Source: Oculatellaceae cyanobacterium (GTDB lineage Bacteria > Cyanobacteriota > Vampirovibrionia > Obscuribacterales > Obscuribacteraceae). Taken from it: a stretch of DNA of 24,000 nucleotides. Under the pieces are notes generated by a model. That model was not told where the DNA came from. It made no database searches and saw nothing but the letters and a program-made list of their open reading frames with translations. Below are positions 8,646 to 16,050 of the stretch, one piece after another (the stretch's first letter is position 1; every line of letters starts with the position of its first letter). The position numbers and the translations under genes were made by a program. The stretch covers positions 413,818-437,817 of the forward strand of contig DATNPX010000034.1 of assembly GCA_036702975.1 (NCBI GenBank), read 5' to 3'.

Positions 8646-9413
8646 ATGCTGAAATGGCGTGCGGCTGCACGAACTGATGCGGGTTGCCAGCGTCAGCGCA
8701 ACGAAGACAATTACTACGTAAGCCCGGATGAGCGGGTTTTCGCGGTTGCAGACGGAATGGGCGGCGCAGTTGGTGGCGCCAAAGCAAGCAAGTTAGCTGT
8801 AGAAGCGATCGAAAAGCGTTGGAAAGATGCTCCACCGCCTGCAACTGACAAAGATGCTATTCAAGATTGGCTTATTGAAACCGTTACACAAGCCAATCAA
8901 TCGGTCTGGCAGCAGGCGGAAGAAGATTCGACCGTTCGAGGGATGGGGACAACAGTGGTTGTCGGCGTTCAATCCGCCGACGAAGCGCATCTCCAAATTG
9001 CCCACGTGGGGGATTCCAGAGCTTACTTGCTGAGAGACGGAAAGCCGACACTGTTGACCAACGATCACTCGGTGGTGCAAGAGATGGTCAGGGCCGGTCG
9101 CTTGACAGAAGAGCAAGCCAGAATCAATCCTTACAAGAATTTAATCACTCGTTGCCTGGGGCACGAAGAGAAAGTCGAAATCGATTCGACCCCGGTAGAA
9201 GTAAAGCGCGGCGATTGGATAGTGCTCTGTTCGGACGGTCTGCCAACCGTGCTGAGAGATGAACAGATCTGCGATGTCGTCGGTAAGAAGCACGAGCCGG
9301 AAGTTGTTTGCGAAGAGCTCGTCAAACAAACTCTCGATGGTGGCGCACCGGATAACGTGACTGTCGTAGTCATTCAATACCTCGAAGAGGATTCCGGTAA
9401 CGGAGTTAAATAA
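8646..9413 (+). CDS. PP2C-family Ser/Thr protein phosphatase
   Basis: PP2C motifs are present: AVADGMGG, GMGTTVV, HVGDSRAYL, LCSDGL and GGAPDNVTVVV. GGAG precedes the ATG. Confidence 0.92.
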   Translation: MLKWRAAARTDAGCQRQRNEDNYYVSPDERVFAVADGMGGAVGGAKASKLAVEAIEKRWKDAPPPATDKDAIQDWLIETVTQANQSVWQQAEEDSTVRGMGTTVVVGVQSADEAHLQIAHVGDSRAYLLRDGKPTLLTNDHSVVQEMVRAGRLTEEQARINPYKNLITRCLGHEEKVEIDSTPVEVKRGDWIVLCSDGLPTVLRDEQICDVVGKKHEPEVVCEELVKQTLDGGAPDNVTVVVIQYLEEDSGNGVK

Positions 9414-9415
9414 CG

Positions 9416-9883
9416 ATGTCCATGAGTGGGACGGAATGCTCACGGTGCGGTGGGCAGCTAAATCAAGATGGCAGGTGTTCGGTCTGCGGCGTGACACGGG
9501 AGATGAGCTCCAGTGTGCAGCAAGCGACACGCACCTTTCCTGAGCGCTCACCTGATGTGATATCGATGCCGTTGCGAAAGGACTCGAAAACTTCAAGACC
9601 GGCATTTCTCTTCAATAAGGCGACCAACGAAAGCTTCCCTCTAACTCAGTCGGTAAGCAAAATTGGACGTGACCAAACGAACAGCATTTCATTGGCGAGC
9701 GACCACTATATATCCAGGCACCATGCTTGGGTGCTCCAGATGCAAGGGGGCTATTGGGTGGAAGACCTTGGTAGCACCAACGGCACTCTCCTCAATGGCG
9801 AAGTTCTGAACGAGCGCAAACAGATATTTCCAGGTGACAGACTGACCTTCGGCAAGACAGAACTAGTCTTTGTTGTGGAATAG
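9416..9883 (+). CDS. FHA-domain protein with an N-terminal zinc ribbon
   Basis: It has CSRCGG-x9-CSVCG (CxxC...CxxC). The FHA core is IGRDQTNSISLASDHYISRHHAWV...EDLGSTNGTLLNG. It starts 2 nt after the PP2C stop. Confidence 0.9.
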   Translation: MSMSGTECSRCGGQLNQDGRCSVCGVTREMSSSVQQATRTFPERSPDVISMPLRKDSKTSRPAFLFNKATNESFPLTQSVSKIGRDQTNSISLASDHYISRHHAWVLQMQGGYWVEDLGSTNGTLLNGEVLNERKQIFPGDRLTFGKTELVFVVE

Positions 9884-9904
9884 AATCTAGATTTTGGAAT
9901 CACC

Positions 9905-11872
9905 ATGACCAAGGACTTCGGTCAGTACAAAATCCTCTCCGAAATTGGTCGGGGAGGAATGGGCATTGTTTATCAGGCAGTCGATGCCAAAAACGATCGC
10001 ACTGTTGCAATCAAGCAACTGGTTCTCGAAAACATCGATAAGGGCAAAGAGCAAGAGTTCCGTGACCGTTTCAGACGCGAAGCGGCCACCGCTCAACGAC
10101 TAGAGCATCCAAATATCGTCATCGTCTACGACGTGTGTATGGAGACCGACAACTACTTCTATGTGATGGAGTATCTCGAGGGACGCAGCTTACGTCGAGA
10201 TCTTGAAGAGCGGAAAAGACGGTACGGGGTAAAAGAGTTCTGGCCTATTCTTTCGCAAGTCATTGATGGACTATCATTTGCGCATAGCCAAAATGTGGTT
10301 CACCGTGACGTGAAGCCGGACAACATCTTTCTCCTGGCAGATGGCACCGTAAAAATAACGGACTTCGGAATCGCACGGGTAGCCGATTTCGAAGAGACGC
10401 ATCTTACCAAAACGGGCGTTATGATGGGTACTCTGGCCTATGTATCGCCCGAACAATTACAAGACGCAAAAAATGTAGACCATCGCGCCGATATATTTTC
10501 GCTTGGTGTCGTCACTTATGAAGCTTTGTCCGGTCAGACGCCTTTTACAGGCGATGGAGTCGCACAAACCATCGTGAAAATCGTCTCGCAAGAAGAGAGA
10601 CCGCTGCACATTATCAACCCATTTATAAATGTCGAGACATCATCTGTAGTATCAAAAGCGCTGCGAAAGAAAGCGCGAGACCGTTATCGGTCTGTGATGG
10701 ATTTTGCCAGAGAATATGAAGAGAGCATTAGCGCAGAAGATGACATGGCACCAAGACCGCACATTATAGGCTCAGTCGACCGAACAGACGCGGAAGGGGC
10801 AGTCATCGACAAAAGCCTTTTGCAAACGCAAGCGTCAATGGAGATTTCCGCCAACAAAACTCCACAGGAACCGATATCCTCACCGTCTCAACTTAATGCA
10901 ACCACCCCCGGCGAATCCTTCTACAGCAATCGCCCGCTAAGCGAACATATCTCCGGCACCCGGTCACTGGGGCAGGAAGCGAAGATATCGCATCCGGAGG
11001 AGACAACGAAAAAGCGTCTTTCAAAGCCGTTGCATGTCTTCGACAAACAAGGCAAATCAAACAGCAAACTAATCGAGCCCACTGCAATCTGTTATCGTTC
11101 AGGAAAAGTCATCGTTGCAGACGCCGGCAGTCGCAGTGTTCACGTCTTCAGTTTTGAAGGTCGCTGGCTAAACGACCTGGTGATGAAGCCGGAGATCGAC
11201 AGTATGACTGGTGGCGGGCGAGTCACCAAACCAAGTGGCATCGCCATGGACAGCAAAGGCCGAATTTATATCTGCGACAGCAGCGATCCATTCGTTAGAA
11301 TCTACGATAGCCGCGGGCAATTCGTGCGCGATCTCTGCAACATTCAAGCTAAAGATGGAGGACTGCAAGGAATTGCCGTCGACTCGACAGATCTGCTTTA
11401 TGTTGCTGACGCATATAACAGATGCGTGCAGGTCTTCCAGGCTGAAATGGGTCTGTGGATGCGAAACATAACCACGCTGGATGACGGAGGATTTCAGCTG
11501 CCGTCAGGACTGGCGACAGACCGGCTGAATCAAATATATTGCACCGATTATGGTGCCTGCCGGATATACATCTTTTCCAAGAGCGGAACAATGGTGCGTG
11601 CTTTTGGCAAGAGAGGGGCACTGGCGGGTGAATTCAACGTTCCCCGCAGCGTTGCAGTGGATAAGAACGACAAGATCTACGTATTGGATTCTCTGAATCA
11701 TCGCGTGCAAGTATTCAGTCCCCGCGGCGAATACATAACGGAGATAGGTGAACGCGGATCGCAACCTGGCCAGTTCTTGGGACCGTCTGACCTGAGCGTG
11801 GATCCAGCCAACGAACTCTTGTACGTAGCAGACAAAGGCAACCACCGCATTCAGGTATTCGAACTTGTCTAA
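9905..11872 (+). CDS. Hanks-type Ser/Thr protein kinase fused to a C-terminal NHL-repeat beta-propeller
   Basis: Kinase motifs are present: GRGGMGIVYQA, AIK, HRDVKPDNIFL, DFGIA and SPEQ. The C-terminal repeats are of the type G.F..P.GIAVDS.G.IYV.D..NHRVQVF and occur about 5-6 times. Confidence 0.93.
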   Translation: MTKDFGQYKILSEIGRGGMGIVYQAVDAKNDRTVAIKQLVLENIDKGKEQEFRDRFRREAATAQRLEHPNIVIVYDVCMETDNYFYVMEYLEGRSLRRDLEERKRRYGVKEFWPILSQVIDGLSFAHSQNVVHRDVKPDNIFLLADGTVKITDFGIARVADFEETHLTKTGVMMGTLAYVSPEQLQDAKNVDHRADIFSLGVVTYEALSGQTPFTGDGVAQTIVKIVSQEERPLHIINPFINVETSSVVSKALRKKARDRYRSVMDFAREYEESISAEDDMAPRPHIIGSVDRTDAEGAVIDKSLLQTQASMEISANKTPQEPISSPSQLNATTPGESFYSNRPLSEHISGTRSLGQEAKISHPEETTKKRLSKPLHVFDKQGKSNSKLIEPTAICYRSGKVIVADAGSRSVHVFSFEGRWLNDLVMKPEIDSMTGGGRVTKPSGIAMDSKGRIYICDSSDPFVRIYDSRGQFVRDLCNIQAKDGGLQGIAVDSTDLLYVADAYNRCVQVFQAEMGLWMRNITTLDDGGFQLPSGLATDRLNQIYCTDYGACRIYIFSKSGTMVRAFGKRGALAGEFNVPRSVAVDKNDKIYVLDSLNHRVQVFSPRGEYITEIGERGSQPGQFLGPSDLSVDPANELLYVADKGNHRIQVFELV

Positions 11873-12542
11873 GAGCAATCAAGTCTCAAATCAACAGCAA
11901 AAGAGAATTACTGGTAAAGATCATCCGCGAATCGTATTGGCTTCTGGCTCACCAAGACGTCTCGAGCTTTTGACAAATCTTGGTCTAGAGTTCGAGGTAA
12001 TTCCGAGCAGAGTCGAAGAATCGGTGCTTCCGGGAATTTCTCCTGAAGAGCTGGTTCGGTCTCTGGCTAGAGAAAAAGCGCACGACGTTTTAAAGACACT
12101 AAGCAAAGAACAAAACACCGTCGTAATCGGTGCTGACACCATGGTCGTTCTTGACGGAGAGTTGATCGGTAAACCAACTGACGACGATGATGCGCGGCAG
12201 ATGTTAAGGCGTCTGTCGGAAAGAACACATACAGTCTTTACAGGCGTGATCGTTTTAAAACAGCATAAGAATGACGATCTTAAAGAAATTGAACATGTTG
12301 AGAGTTCATTAGTAACTTTTAGAAAGCTTGATGAAAAGGAAATTACAGCCTATATCGCAACGCGTGAACCGATGGACAAAGCAGGCGCTTATGCCTTGCA
12401 GGGCGTCGGAGCAGCCCTTGTAGCCAGGGTTGAAGGCTGTTACACCAACATCATCGGATTGCCAGTTCCGACCATAGTTTCAATGCTCAGGCAAGCTGGC
12501 GTAAATATTCTTGGTTTGCCAGATTGCCAAGATAGCATTTGA
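11865..12542 (+). CDS. maf: Maf-like nucleoside-triphosphate pyrophosphatase (septum-formation-inhibitor family)
   Basis: Motifs are IVLASGSPRRLELL, VIGADTMVVLDGELIGKP and DKAGAYALQG. The TTG start overlaps the kinase stop by 8 nt, and the start codon choice is uncertain. Confidence 0.9.
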   Translation: MSKSNQVSNQQQKRITGKDHPRIVLASGSPRRLELLTNLGLEFEVIPSRVEESVLPGISPEELVRSLAREKAHDVLKTLSKEQNTVVIGADTMVVLDGELIGKPTDDDDARQMLRRLSERTHTVFTGVIVLKQHKNDDLKEIEHVESSLVTFRKLDEKEITAYIATREPMDKAGAYALQGVGAALVARVEGCYTNIIGLPVPTIVSMLRQAGVNILGLPDCQDSI

Positions 12543-12590
12543 AATAAACTGTTGGTGTGCTAAAAACATAGTCGCGCCAGGGAGAGAATC

Positions 12591-13889
12591 GTGCGGGTTA
12601 AGAGTCTTCAGCCCCTTTTATCATCCAGAATATGGTCGACCAAAATTGGGATGATCGCCATCTCATTTTTATTTGCCAGTTTTTCAGCGCCCATATGCAC
12701 CGCAGCCGTCGCTCAGAACAATGATGGAACAGGCATGGACCAGATGTTCAACGACAGCGACACAAAGAAACCGGCAAGCAACTCGAAATTAGAGTCGACT
12801 GAAAATGACGAAAGCAAGTCGTCTGAAAGTGAGGGTGGTGCCCGCTCACACTCTCGCATTCTAAGCGTGCCAAGACGACGCAAACCAGCCAGCGCACCGC
12901 TTACTTCGCTGGAAGCATTTGCCAGAAGTCCGATTGTGCAAGGCACAGCCTGGCCGGGTGTCGGTCCGTTCAAACCTGGTGAAGACAATAGTCTCGTAGA
13001 TCCAAACAATGCATCGATGCGAATCGACACCACTGAGCAAAAGCAAGTAACAGGTGTCGATTTGGCGCTGTCGGGGCGCGCAGCACGCGACTTTCTCACA
13101 ATCGAGATGACGAGTGACTTCTTGCTTGAAGCATTAGGCACCAAACCAGCGAGAATCTCAGACTTCAACACCGCACTAGAAAAAAATCGCGCGGCGATAT
13201 TCACTAAGCGCTCGGTAGCATCAATTCCCGCAGGCAGATACAAAGTAAGAATTTTGCCGAACGTAGATGATGTGCAAAAGCTCGTGGTGCAAGTGCAGAA
13301 TATTGAAACAATACCGGAAGCGCCGGCTGGCACGACAAAGGGAGCATCCACAGATAACAGCATTCTGGCCGGAATCTTTAAAGGAATAAAGCCGGTTGCG
13401 GCAAGCAGTAGTGAGGACGAAGCGGAGAAGCCGCCGAAATCTAAAGGCGACAAGAAACAGACATCATCATCGCCCGCTTCGCTGAAAGACACGATGCGGA
13501 CTCTCATTGAGAATTGGCAGAAAGTAAAGTGTGCAGCGGTCAAAAACCGTGATACCAAGCAACTAAGTACATGCCTGACAGGTCACGCGCTGTCCGTCCA
13601 AACCAAAGGTGTTGAATGGCTAGGTGCTCACCACCAATACATCGAAATGGTGCCGAAAACTGTCACCATCAGTAAGGTAGACCAAGACCCGACGACCAAG
13701 AAATACACAGTTCTTGCAACAGTAAAAGAATCTAGCAAGACTTACGATGAACAGAGCAACAAGCTGCTGAGAGAAGCGGAAGATACTCGACTTGTTCTGT
13801 ACACGATCGAAAAACAAGGCGACAACTACCTCATAAGTGATTCCGCAATTGAAAAGATGGCGACTCCACAAGACGCTCAGAAGAAGTAA
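12591..13889 (+). CDS. Secreted protein with a C-terminal DUF4101 / ARC6-Ftn2 C-terminal-like (NTF2-like) domain
   Basis: It has a signal-peptide-like MIAISFLFASFSAPICTAAVAQ. The C-terminal segment LIENWQKVKCAAVKNRDTKQLSTCLTGHALS...WLGAHHQYIEMVPKTVTISKV...YTVLATVKESSKTYD...LVLYTIEKQGDNYLISD follows the DUF4101 pattern recalled from the ARC6 C-terminus. The start is GTG with an upstream GGGAGAG. Confidence 0.72.
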   Translation: MRVKSLQPLLSSRIWSTKIGMIAISFLFASFSAPICTAAVAQNNDGTGMDQMFNDSDTKKPASNSKLESTENDESKSSESEGGARSHSRILSVPRRRKPASAPLTSLEAFARSPIVQGTAWPGVGPFKPGEDNSLVDPNNASMRIDTTEQKQVTGVDLALSGRAARDFLTIEMTSDFLLEALGTKPARISDFNTALEKNRAAIFTKRSVASIPAGRYKVRILPNVDDVQKLVVQVQNIETIPEAPAGTTKGASTDNSILAGIFKGIKPVAASSSEDEAEKPPKSKGDKKQTSSSPASLKDTMRTLIENWQKVKCAAVKNRDTKQLSTCLTGHALSVQTKGVEWLGAHHQYIEMVPKTVTISKVDQDPTTKKYTVLATVKESSKTYDEQSNKLLREAEDTRLVLYTIEKQGDNYLISDSAIEKMATPQDAQKK

Positions 13890-13975
13890 GTCGACCATAC
13901 ATTGAGCAGATAGCGTTTGTTGGTTCGGCTAGTGCTTGGCTTGGTTAACAGCAGGCAAATTCGCACCGTTCAGGC

Positions 13976-14004
13976 TTAGCAAATGCCTTGAAAAAGGTTA
14001 ATAT
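13976..14004 (+). promoter_or_regulatory. Predicted sigma70-type promoter (TTAGCA-17 nt-TAATAT) for the M23 peptidase gene
   Basis: The -35 is at 13976-13981 and the -10 at 13999-14004, about 30 nt before the TTG start at 14035. This is a sequence match only. Confidence 0.4.
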
Positions 14005-14034
14005 GCTCGTGAGTTACCTCACTCCGTTTCAAGC

Positions 14035-16035
14035 TTGCGAGAACCAAAAATCAAGCGCTGGATCAGACTCAACGACACCGTTACTAGAACCACTTTCGTA
14101 GTGGCTATAGCTGCGTCCGGTGTCTTGACTGTAACACTGCATGCGGTGTCGTCACACACAGCCACGGCAGCACCCAGCAATAGCAAAGATAGCGCCGCGC
14201 GAAGATCTGCCGCACCAGCTACAACTGAGGGTCAAGCGACTGAAGCACCTGTTCTTTTGCAGCCGCACATGCACATGGTGAAACCAGCAACTGCTACAGG
14301 CGATGCAGCAGCATCGACACAAGCAGCGAAGCCGACGGTGACAGCACCGAATGTTAAACCGGCGCCTCCTCCTTTTACTGTTGCCGTTCCGTCCGTCTCT
14401 ACCGCTAAACATGCAGCACCAGTTGCTTCCCCTCCGCTTCCACTTTCTAACGCTAAGCCCGCACCAGCGTTTGCTGCTGCGCCTGCCCCCAGTACCGTCC
14501 CGGGAGCAGCCTCAGTTCCGGCCCATCCTCAACCAGCTGCGGTTACGAGTTTGGCTATGCCAACGCAATCGGTTCCACATGCTGGAACGGCTCAAATAAA
14601 GCTTTTCGATGCTGAGCAACAGAAACTCTTCAAACCTGCGACATTGCTGCAGACAAGCGACCACAGTTGCTTCCTCGGGGTCGATTGCGTGTGGATTGGC
14701 ACTTCAGACTCCAAAAACGGTCGTCCAGATTCGATTCTTGCTCAGCGTTACGATGTGATGAACAAGCAGATCGATGGAATTCCCGTACAGGAGTTCAACA
14801 ACTTCGTCTATTACGCACCAGACAATGCGTTGATGATCTTGGACAAAGCTGGCGATTTGTTCGAATTTCTTCTAGACAAGAGACAGTTTCGAGTCTTCCG
14901 TGCCAATAAACCATTCCTTCCAGGCTCGCCAGATCCCGATTTCATAGATCTCTGCGTAGTGGGGGACCAAGTCATGGTGCTTGATCCAGAGCGTAACGAG
15001 ATCTGGAGAATTGACAGCAAATCCAAAAAGATCGCTGGCTTATTTAAAGAGGTTCTGCCCTGGCGGCTGCAGCCAGGAGACGTAAGCGTCGCCGACGGTA
15101 TCTGCCTCGCTTACGACGGCTCGCTCTATATGCTGAGACAGCACGGCATGATTGCACGGTACAGCGTGCCGCCAGCAGGACAGCTCAGCCACCATATTGA
15201 CACCAGTTGCAAGCGCGTAATTGGTGAACGACCGGCGAGGCTTGCCACTGCAAACGGTGCTCCTATCTTCGTGGTTGAACGAGAAAATAACCGTGTGCTC
15301 GCCTATAACAAAGACGATGGAACGGTTAAACAATTTCTTTTCCCGAAAGGCTCCGATCTTCGTGGCGTAATGCCCACCAAAGACGGTTTCTGGGTAATCG
15401 ATGGCGACACCATCTGTTTTAGGAGGTTGGCACAACCAGACTCTTGGAAACAAAAAATTGAACCGCATCAAATCGATAAACGACTGCACGTCTTGAGCAT
15501 GCCGCTGCCAGGTCGCACGCTACCACGGCATCCGGGTGTCTTTCCTGGTGCCAGGCGGCTTTACCGCTATGGCGTACACGAAGGTGTTGACTTCTTCGAC
15601 GTGCCGATGAATAAAACGGTGCATTCGGCCGGTCCTGGCAAGGTGACACGAGCTGATGCCAATTTCGTAGATATGAACGAAAAGACGCTAAACCGCATCA
15701 TGGCTGAATGTCAGCATGAACATCGGACGTCCGACCGCAACGAAGATCTCTTTAGAGGTTGCCAGGTGTGGATCGATCATGGTGGCGGCCTAACGACTAG
15801 ATATGCACATTTGAATAAAATCAATCCGAAACTTAAGCTAGATCAGAGCGTTTCGCGGGGAGACCTGCTAGGTTATGTAGGGGTTTCAGGAACCGGGCAA
15901 AATCTACCCGGCCGGGCCAAGTATCCGCACTTGCACTTTGAGATTTGGCTAGACGGACATTATTTGGGTTACGGTTTGACACCACAGGAAACAATCGGAG
16001 TCTACGAAGATATTTTTGGCAGAACGTCAGATTGA
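14035..16035 (+). CDS. M23-family (LytM/NlpD-like) metallopeptidase with an N-terminal anchor, a Pro/Ala-rich linker and a central beta-rich domain
   Basis: The M23 catalytic motifs are HEGVDF (HxxxD) and PHLHFEIW (HxH), plus GGGLTTRYAHL. An N-terminal hydrophobic helix TTFVVAIAASGVLTVTLHAV is followed by about 150 aa rich in A, P and S. TTG 14035 is the only in-frame start upstream of that helix. Confidence 0.87.
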   Translation: MREPKIKRWIRLNDTVTRTTFVVAIAASGVLTVTLHAVSSHTATAAPSNSKDSAARRSAAPATTEGQATEAPVLLQPHMHMVKPATATGDAAASTQAAKPTVTAPNVKPAPPPFTVAVPSVSTAKHAAPVASPPLPLSNAKPAPAFAAAPAPSTVPGAASVPAHPQPAAVTSLAMPTQSVPHAGTAQIKLFDAEQQKLFKPATLLQTSDHSCFLGVDCVWIGTSDSKNGRPDSILAQRYDVMNKQIDGIPVQEFNNFVYYAPDNALMILDKAGDLFEFLLDKRQFRVFRANKPFLPGSPDPDFIDLCVVGDQVMVLDPERNEIWRIDSKSKKIAGLFKEVLPWRLQPGDVSVADGICLAYDGSLYMLRQHGMIARYSVPPAGQLSHHIDTSCKRVIGERPARLATANGAPIFVVERENNRVLAYNKDDGTVKQFLFPKGSDLRGVMPTKDGFWVIDGDTICFRRLAQPDSWKQKIEPHQIDKRLHVLSMPLPGRTLPRHPGVFPGARRLYRYGVHEGVDFFDVPMNKTVHSAGPGKVTRADANFVDMNEKTLNRIMAECQHEHRTSDRNEDLFRGCQVWIDHGGGLTTRYAHLNKINPKLKLDQSVSRGDLLGYVGVSGTGQNLPGRAKYPHLHFEIWLDGHYLGYGLTPQETIGVYEDIFGRTSD

Positions 16036-16050
16036 GGGATTGAGGGGAAG

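Noticed and set aside
9141-9605. A 154-aa - strand ORF spanning the PP2C/FHA junction. A similar case is the 149-aa ORF at 15040-15489 inside the M23 gene.
   Set aside because: Both lie antisense to genes with unambiguous family motifs. They are treated as shadow ORFs.
12713-13558. A 281-aa ORF on the - strand, inside the 12591-13889 gene.
   Set aside because: It is an antisense shadow. The + strand product has a signal peptide, a good RBS and a recognisable C-terminal domain. The - strand product is Ser/Leu/Phe/Ala-rich with no motif or RBS.
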